Positions 10,941 to 23,989 of a stretch of 64,000 nucleotides of DNA are shown piece after piece. Positions within the stretch are counted from its first letter, which is position 1. The number at the start of each line of letters is the position of its first letter. The DNA is taken from contig CM074805.1 in NCBI GenBank assembly GCA_037447605.1, forward strand, positions 4,435,361 through 4,499,360. Direction: 5' to 3'. Source of the DNA: Zygnema circumcarinatum SAG 698-1b (taxonomy: Eukaryota; Plantae; Zygnematophyceae). The notes under the pieces are model-generated. The model was not told the DNA's origin. It worked only from the letters and a program-made list of their open reading frames with translations, and did not search any database. A program made the translations under genes and the position numbers.

Positions 10941-12496
10941 CTGCACGCTTCAGCTGCTCAGCATGAGAGGATGCTCCCCACGAAAGAGCAGAGTCCTCAG
11001 GGGTTTATAAAGAAAATATTAGACGAAAAACGCAATTTATAATATTGATATTTGCTTCATAGGACCGCATGGCTGGCGTGCCTCTAATGCGCCCAGCCGT
11101 CTTTCTCCCTCATCTCTCCGCTTTCCACCCAAACCCCCCAATAAACCTCCGCACTCACAGCAAGACTAGTGAGGTAATTGATAAGCCCCAATTGCCACAG
11201 AGCGGCTCCTTATTCACATTTAATTAAATTAATTACAGCCGGCCATTCTCCTATCCGCAAGCCCGCAACAAAGAGTGCCTCCCAGTCGTCTCCTCTTACT
11301 CCCTCCTCTCCCGTCCAAGCTCAAACGCGGAATCAAAAAATGGGTCGAGCTATTCACCTTGCGCAGCTAATGCTCCCACCTCTCGCAGGGAGAAGGAGAG
11401 AAGGACAGAAGGAGTGGGAGCAGGCCGGCTATGGCGACGCCTTCCCTTCTTGCGGCTGAAGAGGGCGGAGAGGAAGGAGACGCGGGGGAACTGGGAGGCC
11501 TCAGCGGATCCACCTGTAGCCCCATTGGAAGAATCGACGGCTGCGATTGGGCCATTCCGCAGGAGGAGGGAGATCGACGGCTGAGGGCCGCGGGAGCCAG
11601 TTCTGCAACGGGTCAAGTTACAAGATCGATATCCACAACAGGTGACGAATCATAGACTCGTATATGTCCACGTAGGATTGAGTAGACCCAGCATATGGAT
11701 CCGGGGCGTATGCGCAGTAGCGCATGGAAAGCGCGTGGTTTGTCGCACACGATTCCAGTTCCATGTGAGAAAAGTCGTTGGGGAAGCCCAAAGGAAGGGA
11801 CTGACTGGGTACTGTACCTTTTTTTTATGACGTGGACTAATATGGAGCTCCCACGTAATAAGAATCCACGTGGTTAGTCCTGATTGGAAGTAACTTGCAG
11901 GGTTTATTTTCGGCAGAGATAGCACTGCCCAGCTGGCGGTGCGCAACATGGAACATCCAGTTACGTTGAGCACATGGAACGTTTTACGTCATTTGTTAGG
12001 CTCCATTACGTCAGTCAACGTGACAGCACACGGAACTGCGTGACCGCACAGTTTGAAAACCACGAGAAGTTTCCGAGGGAATAAAGGGCGCGGAAAGGTG
12101 CTGTAGCGGTGCCGTACAGTACGGCCTTGGGACTCCCACTGATGGACACGTGACAGCCTCCCTTTGTCGTTTCTGCCATGGCTGCCGGAAGCTCTGGGTG
12201 GCCCTGAAGGGCTCCCTGCAGGGCACGGCGGGGCCCTGCTCTTGGGAGGGAGGGGAGGGGGGCAGCCTGCTGTCAAGGTGCAGTCTGTCAATGCTGATGA
12301 TATGCAGTAGAATTTCAGCTTTGGGTAGGAGAGATTTGAGGGAGGGCGCTCCATGGCTGCCTTGCATTCAAGCGCTTTGTTTGGATTCCAGGAGATTCCT
12401 GGCACGGTGGCTGGAGACTATATCGCTCTTCCGAAATCGCCGGCAGCAGAGCCTGTGCTGAAATCGTCGAAGGAAGCAGAAAAACAAGAGGAAGCC

Positions 12497-15400
12497 ATGG
12501 CCTCTTGCAAGGCAGCGGTTGGACGTACGACGCTAGTAGCATATGGAGCCGGCCACATGCTGAACGACCTGACCGCAGCTTGTTGGTTCAGCTACCTTCT
12601 GATATTTCTCACAGACGTCGGTCTATCAGCAAGGTTTGCCTGCTGTTTACCCACTGGCTCTAAAGCGCCTCAGTTCTGGCATAGAATTGCATTTGAAAGA
12701 CGGAGAGCGAATGGAAAATGAGAGACTTATCAAGCAGTGTTGTGTGGAGATTCTGCAGAGACTACTTTCGCTCTTTGCCTGCTACTGAGGGAATATGGAC
12801 GCTGGTTTGCTTGCAGGGAGGCTGCAGCGGTAATGATGGCAGGGCAGTGTGCTGATGCAATTGCGACTTTGATTGTTGGCAGACTGGTAAGTTGCAGCCG
12901 TTGGATTCGTTGATCCCTTCGTACGGAACCTGCTCCTTTAAAAGCCTCTAGCTTATTGTATTGTTTGTTTCCGGGATACAAGTGGATCAGGAAAACGTAC
13001 TCCTAATAGCTTAACTAAGGTAAAATTTCAGATATCGGTACTGGTGAAATGATGTTTCCGTAAGAAAAAGTTGTGCTGCATAGAGGGCAGTAGATGAGCT
13101 TTACGGAGTTACTTGGGTGATTTGGCTTCGCAGCTGTGTCGCTGCATGCTGTGTCTTTTCATCCGAGAAAGGCTCAGCCTTGGCAAATATTGGACAGCCA
13201 CACTGGGCAGTCTTTTCATTAGTTCAGGCTGAACTGCAATTGTCAAGGCCTGTAGAGAACTGCGATACTGCTGTTAGATTCTATCGTATGCAAGTCTATC
13301 ACTATCAATGTTCAAGCAAGGTTGCCATGCCAATGAGTGTACACTGCGGTCCTGTCTTAAGCATTTCTCGGATCATCACTGGATTGACATAGATTCTGTG
13401 AGTGGTCGCCTCGCTGGAACCAAAGGTGCAGAAAATTTGAAAATGCGTGTCCAAAGAGTAATTTCTTCCGTTGGTGCTGCAGATTGACAGCTTCGGTCAC
13501 TTTAAGTTATGGCACGCTGGAGGGTCGTTAATGGTGGCCCTTTCATTCTCGTCTGTATTTGGAGGATGTCTGGTCTGCGCTGCTTTTGGCACATCGTCAA
13601 ACTTCGTCCGGACCGTCAGCTACAGTGTCTTTGCAGCGATTTTCAACTGCGGTTGGGCTGCAACTCAAGTCTCTCACATGTGAGAGCAGCCTTTCTATTG
13701 CTGCATGAAATGGGCTGTTGTGGTGTGTTATGTCAGACCTCGGCAATGAAAATTTCGCACCATTACAGATCTGATATGTTGCGTCTTCTTTTGTGTTCGA
13801 AACGATGCTGAGGCAAATAAGGGCATCCTACCTACTCACCTAGTTGTAGTGCCAATGTTCGTACTTGTGCTGCAGGTCTTTGGTGAACTGTATCACAAGC
13901 AACCCATCGAGCAGGGTAGCTCTTAACAGTTGCAGGAATGCTTTTACAATGGTGAGCGAAAAGAAGCTTAAGTCCTTGCATTTGCCTCGACCATAGTCTT
14001 GACTGACCTGTCAACTATCATCACAAACATGCCGTTGCCTTGCTCGGTTGACTTTAGAATCTAGGGCCTTAGGAAAATCTGTGATTTCACTCATAGTCCA
14101 TACAAGCTAGAATCGCAAGCTTTGGCTGGGCCTCAATGCTTTTCGTGTGGAATCCAAGACATCAAGATGACTTTTTTGAGGCATGGGGTGATTGATTTGA
14201 AGTGAGGGGCATCGAATGTGTGGACATGCTTGCTAGTTTGCTTCTTTGAACCTTCTTGTTCCTTTGACAGGTGGCGAATCTTGGATTGTATGGCATCGCT
14301 TACCTCGCCTTTTGGCTCCTCCCTTCGTGGACTCCGCTTGACGTGCAGTTGCAGGTTAGTTTGAACACTTTCTCAGGTTCTCTGTTTCCATATGCCTTCC
14401 TTGCCAACCTGCCGCGGCATATGCCTGCATCGGGTCGTGTATTTGGATGATTCCAAGGAAGCGGAGTTCCGTGTGCATGTAGCTGGTTCAAACTTCAAAT
14501 CATGTAGGTAATGGTAGTGCTGATGTGTGTTCGATTCACACTTTTTCAAGTTGAAAAAAGTGGTTTGCACGCCAGTTAAACCTGGACGAGTTGAACCAAT
14601 ATGAGCGAAAACAGGGTTGTTCTTGCCTCAGAATGAACATTTCAGCCAGTTCATGGAACGGGCCAACTGTGAACTCACTTATTGGCTACCAACTTGCCGC
14701 AGGTCCTGAATACAAGGACTTTCACCTTTATCACCACTGCATCTGCATATTTTTCATGAAAAGAACAGAGCTTTGGGGCCTTATGACAGTTTCGATGGAT
14801 TGCTGGAGGCGCCGTTGGAGTTGGCTGTACTCTTGTCCTGCTCTTCCATGCAGGAATTCGAGAACCTCGGTATGTGCAGGCATTTGGTTGTTATCTAGTT
14901 TTTCGCAAGCTGGGCCAATGAACTGGAATTTTGCTACATACAAAGAATCACATGCTATGCACTTTCGAACCTAGCGACCGAGATATCTCGTTTGGGCTTG
15001 CTGCTATTAAGTATTCTTTTCGTTACAATGTGGCAGAGACCTCTGCTTTTTGGCAGGCCACTGAGATATCTGCCTCTGAGCGCGTTTGTGATATTCTGTA
15101 GTGTTTCTGTGTAGGCTCCTTCACTTCTGCAACTCCGATGTTCCGCGAATTTCATGGACCTCATGGTTTTGGACCCTTCTGTACTACCAGGTCGCCCTCA
15201 TTTACATGCTCACACGACTCACAACCAATATCTCACAGGTTAGCCCCACTCTTCTGTGAGCTGCCCTGCAACGGATAGAATTGAACTGCCTAGCTGCTGC
15301 CAAATTTCACAAATTTTCCTGGCTCATAGATGCTACGGTTGCAACGGCATCTTGATCGGAGCTATGGAGTTGCAGTGAATCTCAACAGAATAGCTCAATA

Positions 15401-17684
15401 TCTTTACTGAGTGGGCATGAGTTGTGTTGGGGGGTTTGGGTGCCGACGCAGGCTATACTGCCTTTCTTTCTCATTGATGACCTCAGACTGCCTCATGCGT
15501 CTAAAGCATTGGTATGTTGTCACTACCTCTGCCCTACTCGTAAACTGATGTTGTCAGGAGAGCAATTTTCTCAGTGGAAAAGCATCAAACAAGTCCTTAA
15601 GACTACCAAGCTCTTTAGTTCAATCGCTGTACTTGGCCCTCGCCGAATCATGCACTGTTCATAGCAGGCCCAATGAAACTCGTAAGCTGAGTCACCTCAT
15701 TGAATTTTTTTTAATCCTAAAGCAAATTGTCACTGATAGAGCTGTCGGTTGACATGTTAGTGAGAAAAGCAAAATGCAGAGGGGGGGCGGGAGTGGCTTG
15801 CTGGTGTAGCGAATGTTATCTAAGACTCGATGTTTGGCGTGTTTGTTGTCCAGATTCCCGCCCTCATTTACCTCTGCAGCTTCTTGGCTTCTGTGATACT
15901 TCAGGTGCCTCTCCATCCTTGCTTGTGACGACTCTTGACCCCTTGAATGCGCGTCAGATTTGTCTCTCTGAAAGGAGGACGCAGTCATCCTGCTTCAATG
16001 ACTTGCTGGGTCAATGCTTTGCTCATCTCCACTTCAAGAAGGATATTGTCTGTGATGCAAATGTGCCCTCTCTGCAGTGACAATGTATACAGAGAACACA
16101 TGGCATTGGTCCATCCATTCTCAGCATGGAGTTGCCGTGATAGACCATTGTAGTCCTGTATGCATGCCCATTTGGAGGTTGTGAGGAAGAGATGTTGGCG
16201 CATGTGAGTTCTGCCTGACAACAGGAGTCCTGTGCTTCCATGCTATTCTTAGAGACCATCATCTTGACTTGTGCAAGTTGTTCTCTATGTGTAAATGACC
16301 TATAGGAGATGCCATGGACCGGCCGTCGACTGAAAATTTTCTTCATTGGAGGCGCGTTATTGTGGATACTTGCTGGTTACATCATTTACGAGCTCTTTGG
16401 CTCGGAAAATAGGATGATTTACCCCTTAGTTTTGGGGATTGGTATTGGCAATGCTTTAATGCTGGTGAGTAGCTTTCTTTGTTTTGCTCCCTTATCTGCT
16501 GCTTGTCTCCGAGTCGTCCTTATTGGCCTGTCTGAACCTGTTTGATGTGAGTGAGACTTAGCCAAGAAGGAAACTGCATTGCGATTGGAAGTTTTTCCTG
16601 TGTTTGTTACAGCGTGTGAGCATTGAGTTTCTTAGAGATAAGGTGCGGTAGGCAGTAGGCAGTGGATGTGTTGGGTTTTCAGAACGACAAACAGAAGATA
16701 CGAAAGCCGGAGTTTCTTGCCAAAAAATCTTGAACTATGATTTTTCAGGGGGATTGTCTGCAGTAGGTGTGAATGCTATATATTTTCTACAGCAAAGAGT
16801 CGCAAGGTTGGAGCTCAGTAGAAACCACTGCCATTAGTTTCCTTCTTGAGCCCGAGTTGTCATGATGTTTTTCTGAGCTTGGAAGTTGCCTTTGTGACAG
16901 GTAACTGCGACAAGTATGGAAGGGATTTTGGTCGCCAACGATCTGAGTGGCTGTGCTTTTGTATATGGCTCCCTTAGCTTCCTCGACAAACTCGCCTGCG
17001 GAGTGGCACTGTATGCCATTGAGGCCCTGAACGGTAAGTGATAGACATCTCCCCCAGAAACGCTATACTTCAAGCAGCATGGTTAGCTGTTCCTGGATAT
17101 GGGCTTTAGCAGGACCTGGACTACAGGTGGCACTAACGCCGCCACTTCTACGCATCGTTTGATACAACATCTGGGACAGAATGATATTGGGCTCAGCATC
17201 ATTTGAATCTCATTCTGTCTTCCCCTTGTTTGATTCGATTGGATGTGCTGATTCAGGAGAAGAGGAGAAGAAGTTCTGCAGTCCTTTGGGGGCACCTGAC
17301 TGCCACCGCTCCCTTGTACGCTTGGTGCTCTCATTCGTACCCAGTGGGTGCGCTCTGCTTGCAGCTCTCGTAGCAGTCTTTACCAATCTAAATGAAAGTG
17401 AAGATGTGGGCCCCAGTCTGAAGGAGGCGCTGCTGGCAAAGAAAGCGGGGGGGGGCGCCAAGGGGAAGAAGACTGGCGAATTCGGGTTGGGCCCAAGTCA
17501 CAGTGTGGCTGTGGACGCTCCAAGAAGGAGAGTGCGGGTTGTTGCAGATACTAGACAGGACGAGCCCTTCTACAGAGAGATTTGGGGGGGGCAGAGGGAG
17601 ATCGAAGCTGAGTCGATCTGCGTGCCTATAGGAGGGAGCGAGGTGGAGAGCAGGGAGGAAGCGAAGTCCTCCTCCAGACAGTGA
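12497..17684 (+). CDS. MFSD12: MFS transporter, MFSD12-like (MFS_2/GPH type)
   Basis: About 12 exons: YGAGHMLNDLTAACWFSYLL; GQCADAIAT; GHFKLWHAGGS; FNCGWAATQVSHM; RVALNSCRNAFTM; FRWIA..GIREPR; WFWTLLYYQVALIYMLTRLTTNISQ; IPALIYLCSF; GIGNALML; SGCAFVYGSLSFLDK. A possible in-frame upstream start lies at 12353. Confidence 0.9.
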
Positions 17685-18677
17685 CCTTACCAGGTGATTG
17701 CGGGAGGCCATAGTGGGGAGGTAGGTAGGGGTCCATATGTTCTCCCACTTTTCAGTTTAGCCGTGAACCGGTACAGGACCGCAGGCGGGTTTTTATTCAT
17801 TCTTTAGTGCACGGGTGCGCTCGTTCTTTTAGCAGTCTGTCCGTATATTGCGGCAGAAGTATGTATGCACAGCCCCAGCCCTTGAGCGTTGTACTTTGGC
17901 CTAATTATTTGCGGCGAGTATTCAGAGTTTTCCCTTAGAGCAAGGATAGTATTCGTCCTTTTCTGCCCTGTAGAGATTGCAGACATTTGAATCTCAAATT
18001 TTAAGTTCTTATTTTTTTTTTTCTTCAGATTGAAGTCTGGAGATTTAAGATTACAATTGTAGAGTGCGTGCAGTTTTCATAGGGTATGATGTGATTGCAG
18101 GAGGCCGCCCAACGAAAGCAGGTATCAATTTGAACTTCATGGATTAAATGACTTGTTTCTTATGTCTCCCTCCTCCCCTTTTCTCCACCAGGCTTGATAC
18201 AAGGAAAAGTAAGATCAACTCGGGCAAGAGAAAATTTGTTTTGCTTCTTGTTTCCTACAAAGGAAGTAATTACAACTTTGGACCGTTTGCCCAGTCTTCA
18301 GATACCCGAGCGGGTGTTTACCGATCAGAAAAGACGAGGAATGAATTTTAGACTCTGCTTGAAGTACAATGCTAATCTAACGGACTGTTTCACCATTTAC
18401 AGTTCCTCTCTGCTCTCCTTTTTATTCAATTCTATTCTTCTCTTAAATTCTATTCGATTTTTTTCAATTCTAGTTTATCCTATCCTCTTCTATACTATTC
18501 TAAGAGCTCGCCTGCAGTAGCAGGCTCCACAAATGCTTCTGAACTGCTCGAATACTACCGCTCTACTCCCCTAAAAAGAAAAAAGGTGGAGGCAAAAAGG
18601 AAGAAAAATTTACAGATCGGGACTGCTCCGCCTCCAAAGCCGCCCCGATTTTTTTTTTTTTTTTTTCTTTCCCGTTT

Positions 18678-21600
18678 TCAGTTCGCGGCAGGTCTGGGCG
18701 CCTTGTCGCGGGACAGCAGCTGCAGGAGCTGTGTGACGTCACGCTGCTGCGCCTTGAAGCGGGGCGGCATGCGGCCCTCCGCCTCCTGCCCCGCCCTCGC
18801 CCCGACTCCGCCCCGCCTCTCCTCCTCGGGCCGCCCGGGAAGGCGCGTCTGCTTGGCATCTGCAAGGAAGGATTCAGAATTTAAATCAAAAGGCTCTTAA
18901 CGTAAAGGCTCTAACTTTAACATTACCCATAATCAACATTAACATTAACCAGAGCAGGCGATTTTTTCTCGAATTTTCTCGAATCCTGGAGACTTCAAAG
19001 CACCTCGACCCTGACAGGATATGCGCGTATCTAACTTGGCAGCAAGGTGGGTTTCTGCAGTAAAGTCTCACCTGCTATCATGATGGCAGACGCTCTGTTC
19101 CCCTCTCCCACACCTTCACTAGCCGCATCTTCAGTGTACAGTCCCCTCAGCTTCCTCGACACCCTCTCCAGAAACTCCGCATCCGTGGAATCATAAACTC
19201 GCTCTCCTGCACACCAGTTCTGGTAATCCCCCGAGTCCCCTCTGGACGAAAGCGCCCCCTCCGACCCCTCCGACTCCTGCCGCAAACTACTGCTGAGATC
19301 TCCTGAGCTTTGCCTCCTAAGAAAGGAGCTTGAATCCCCGGATGTCTGCCGCACCGATCTGTTAGAGTCCCCTGAGCTTTGCCGAGTACTTAGCCAGCTC
19401 AAATCTCCGGACCCCTGATGCCTTAGATGCATTCCTATGTCTCCGGAGCCCTGACGCCTAAGGCCGAAACCACTAAGATCGCCCGAGCCCTGTCGAGACA
19501 TCCCCGAGAGGAGATGTGAGAAGTCTCCGGAGCCTCCAAAGGAGTGAGAGATCTGATCAATGCGAGGAGACCCAAATAGACGTCTTCCTCCGAAGTCACC
19601 ACTTGTCCACCTGCGAGAGCCTCGCGGGCTGAAATCTGAGAAATCGGATTCTACGCTTTCGATTGTTGAAGTTCGGAAAAGGTCCGACGAGACGACTTCC
19701 GCAACCGGGAGGTTTGTGAGCTCTGTTTCCAGTTTTAGGGCTAAGGACTCCGGCTTAGCTAGCGGAGCGGCTGCAATTGGAAAATGTTCCAATACCCACG
19801 GGTGCTCTGCAAAGGCGAGAACCATCAATTCCACCCAGATCAACATTTGGGTGACAGAATTGCACTCCAACATCGACTTCGATGACCCCAAAGGGAGCTG
19901 AAAGGAAACAAAGCAGAAGACAATACGATAAACATAATAATGTAATAAAAAAACTGGAAAATCTATCTGTGAGTTATTTAAAGTGGGGAAGCTCACTCAT
20001 AGCTTCTTCAGGTGTGAGCCGTTTTGCAGGATCAAGGACGAGGATGCGCCGGACGAGGTCTTTTGCCCCCTCGGAAATGTTCTTCCACGGCCCGCCCTTC
20101 ATGTCGAACTTCCCCTTCTTGATGGCCTCAAAAATCCCCTCTTCTGTGTCGTGCCAGAAGGGGGGGAGCCCACAAAGAAGAATGTATAGAACAATGCCAA
20201 TGCTCCACATGTCGACTTCTCGACCATAAGAGCCCAACAATACCTCCGGAGCAATGTAATATGCTGAGCCCGCCATAGTACTCAGTTTCTCACCTGTCAT
20301 TTGAAAACCCAATCCCAATAGGGGTTCAGTGATCTCATTCCCAAGGCTGAAGGCAAACAGGTGATGGGTGAAGTTTGAAAAGCTTCAAGAGCGAGAAATA
20401 GTTGAAGTGTTAAGACTGGGTCTTACCGGGTTTGGTGAAAACTGCGAGCCCAAAGTCTACTACTTTTATCATTGTGTTTGAGTCTGCGCGAGAGAGAAGG
20501 ATGTTTTCCGGCTTCAAGTCGCGATGAATTACTCCGCGAGACTGAAAATGTGAAACCACGGAGGCCAAAGTTGCAAATACTTGAGCTGCTTCCGCCTCGG
20601 GGTATCGCTTGCGCTCTCTTATGCGGTCGAAAAGCTCTCCGCCTTCACAGAGCTCCATTATGATGTACACTTTCTGGGAGGAGGGAGAAGAGAGGGAGAG
20701 GAGAGGGAGAGGGGGAGTGAGTTGGGGGAGCAGTGGAGAGAGAGGGAGTAGAGGAGCAAACGGTAACGATAAACTATTTGGAGACTTTTGGGGGTTTTGT
20801 GTGGAAGGAGGGGCAGATAATTGATTGTTTGGGTTTGTAGGAGACATCCTGATGGAGCATTGGAAGAAACGTACTTTACAATTCGTGTGAGGGGGAGAGA
20901 GAGAGGAGATGGATCAGGGAGGGAGAGGGAAATGACGAGCAGACGAATTGAGAGCGAGAGTGTAGATTGGGGAGAATGTGGGGGGGGGGGGGGAAGAGAA
21001 AGTGGCGGGGTGAGAGTAGAAACCAAGTAGAGCATATGACGCAGTCGGGAAGAGAGAGTGAGAGAGAGAGAAAGAGAGAGAGGGAGAGAGAGAGGAGGGG
21101 GGGAGGACAAGAAATCGAGCAGAAGCTACAAGGAGGAAAAGGGACTGAGGGTCTGGGAACTGGACTTGGAGTTAAGAACACACACACAGACACAGAGAAC
21201 AAGATAGAGACAGACGGAGAGATCGAGAGAGAGAGACAGAAAAAGAAGATAGAGAGAGAGAGAGAGAGAAAAGAGAGAGGGAGAGCAGCAGCAATGCCGC
21301 ACCTTGCTGTCCTCAACGGTTCCCTTGAGCTTGACGACGGCGGGGTGCCCCCCGAGCGCCTCCATGGCCCGCACCTCCCTCCGCACGTCCTCCGCATCCC
21401 GTGCGGCGCGCAGCCGGTCCTTCCTCACCGCCTTGCACGCCGCCATGCACGGCGCCATGCACGGGCCCCGCTCGCGGCACGCGCGGATGACGCCGAACTG
21501 CCCGCGGCCCAGCTCGCGCCCCATGACGTACGATTCGCGCACGTCCTCATAAGGACGGCCCAGAATGCGCCACGTGTGAGGAGCCTCCAGGGCAGCGCCG

Positions 21601-21722
21601 GCGGCGGCGGCGGGGGAGGAGGGCGACTCGTCAGGGGGGCCGCTGAGGGGAGGCCTGCGCGCCCCGGGGGAGGGCGAGGGCGAGGGCTTTGCGGGCTTTA
21701 GGGCTTGCGGGAGCGCGCCCAT
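18678..21722 (-). CDS. CDPK/SnRK-superfamily Ser/Thr kinase without EF hands (PEPKR/PEPRK-like)
   Basis: Exons 21722-21303, 20673-20427, 20293-19997, 19806-19072 and 18859-18678 are phase-consistent. Motifs LGRGQFG, MELCEGGELFDRI, HRDLKPEN, DFG and APE are present. The C-terminal region has no EF-hand loops. The N-terminus is MG. Confidence 0.88.
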
Positions 21723-23542
21723 GGCGGCGGGAGAGGAGACGGAGGGAGAGAGGGAGGGAGGGAGGGAGGGGGGGATATAGGGGAGGGAGGGAGGGAGGGA
21801 GGGATATAGGGGAGGGAAGGAGGGAGGGGGGGGGAGGAATAGATATAGGGAAGGGAGGGAGGGAAGGAGGGAGGGAGTGAAGGAGGGAGGGAGGGATGGA
21901 TATAGGAGAGGGAGACGGGAGGGACCGGGGAGGGAGGGAGACAGGGCAGGGAGAGAGAGGGAGGGGCGGAATGGGGGGAGGGCGGCCGTACATGTATGGG
22001 GCCGCGGGGGAGGCGAGTGGCGGCCGCCACCAATGGTGGGCCCCACTGGCGGCGGCGAGGGGCGGACACGCGGCGCGCTCTGACTCGTCGGAGGGCTCTA
22101 ACCGTGTGCCACGTGGCTGCAACTTGCCGGGGAGCGCTCTGGGGCCGCCACGCGGCGGGCTGCCGGGCGGCAGCTGGGGCCGCTGGAACGGCCACCGACC
22201 AGGGTCGTACGGATTGTAGAGGGCCGTACGAGAGCTGTTGGGCGACGTTTTCGTCGTTCGGCATATGACAAAAAAAGCCGCCCAGCGGGGCGCAGGCAAC
22301 GGGATTGGGCGGGCCACGTCGGAGGCGTCGATTCGGTCAGGGAAATTTTTTGACTATACGGACCCAATGGGCGATCGGCTCTCCTTTGAAGACTTTGAAA
22401 TCTCGAAAACGGGCAGGCATGGAAACATTGAAGGGACGGGCAGATGGATTTTTTTGACATTTTCGTACAGTTATACCGCCCCAAGAGGGCCCTTCCTAGG
22501 CGTCACCGTCGTACAGTATCTGCTTATAGACCAACCGTACTGCTTGTCACCTAGCAAAAAGACAGCGTAGTGTACGAAACGATCCGTCCGATGCCCACCT
22601 TTTCCTGATCGCCCCTGAGGAATCTAACCGATAATATACGGTTTACTCGATATTTGACCTTTATATCCCGATATTACGGATATAGAGTGGTACGACTGTA
22701 GAAATTAGGGGCATACAGTAATGTACGTAGGGGAGAGACTCCTCTACGGTCCAATTTTTTTTTGTCGCCTGCCCGTGAACGAAACCGCCAGGAGCGTTGG
22801 GTTCTGGCTGCCGACATTACGTTTGTCGTTGATTGCAACGGCGCGCAGTATATTTGCTGACGTGGCGCTATCTGCCCGGCGTATTCGCAAGGATGGAAAC
22901 AGCATGTTTTGGACTCCGTCCACGTTACGTCAAAAGAAAATGATTTGGCCTACGTTGCGTGCTGGCGGATTAAGGTGTACGTGGCGTTTACGTAAACGAC
23001 AATGATCGACGGTCAAACTTTCGCTGACCGCCTGCTGGCTTCTGGTTGGCTGAGATATTTCAGCGCCATGTGTATGGCAGATAAATCGCCACGTGGATCC
23101 CTGCAGTCGTTGAAGCTGGCCACGTTCTGCCAACTGAGACCCACGTGACGACAGGCAGAAGTCCACGTGGCCGGTGCGACGGTCAACGCCCATTTGAATT
23201 GCTTGTCAAACTGCGACCGCCCAGGCCTGTCGGCGACACGTGGCTCCAGCAGAGCGGTCGCTGAGAGCTGCGAATCTATGTGGCAGCGTGAAGCTTGACA
23301 GCAAGAAAGCCAGTTTAACGCTCCACATGGAAACGAAACGGCAAGGGACGCCGCTCCGCTCAGGGGGCGTTTTGGTGGTTCTCCTTTTGCTGACGTAGTT
23401 CAACTTTGCTGATGTCAGTTCGCTCGTGCGTGGGTTGATGTATGTTGCTGCTGATGTTGTCCATGTACATCGTGCCACCAATGCCATTTTCCCGTCACTC
23501 AGTACAGTATGCATGTGGAATCGTGAACCACCACCACCACCA

Positions 23543-23834
23543 CCTTTGCGACCAGTCCTTCGTGGTTCCACATTTTGCTTTTGTCCATGTACATTTGATG
23601 GCTTCGCCATCGCGAGTTCAATGAAAGTTCCCCCTAAATCGTGAACTGTAGGGATGACCCTCTGTACGAAAGATGTACGGCCAATACATTCGAATGTACA
23701 GTACAGTACAGTATTTGTGAGTTTACTTCAGCGGGAAAAACAACGCAAACTTTCATTGAACTCGCGATGGCGAGGCCATCAAATTTACATGGATAAAGGC
23801 AAAATGTGGAACCACGAAGGACTGGTCACAAAGG
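23543..23834. repeat. 87-bp inverted repeat pair made of a dispersed repeat family
   Basis: Arm 23543-23629 is the reverse complement of 23748-23834 with 5 mismatches; the spacer is 118 bp. Other copies lie at 50142-50259 and 26662-26697. Confidence 0.9.
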
Positions 23835-23989
23835 ACCGAAACACAATAAAACGAAGCTAGGAGCGGAAAACGGCGGGAAAGGCTGAACGAACCTCCCGAA
23901 ATTCATCTCTCCTCGCTCCAACTCCTCCGCAGTTCGACACCTTTTCTTTTCCGTACGACATTCAGCCCACCGACACGTGCGCCGCCATC

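Noticed and set aside
11350-11655. Short ORFs on both strands between BTF3 and MFSD12
   Set aside because: No recognisable motif, no convincing splice structure, and no frame is clearly preferred.
20876-22317. Multiple long Pro/Ser/Leu- or Gly/Arg/Glu-rich ORFs around the kinase 5' end
   Set aside because: They are products of GGAG/CTCC repeat tracts in the intron and 5' UTR; only the kinase frame has conserved motifs.
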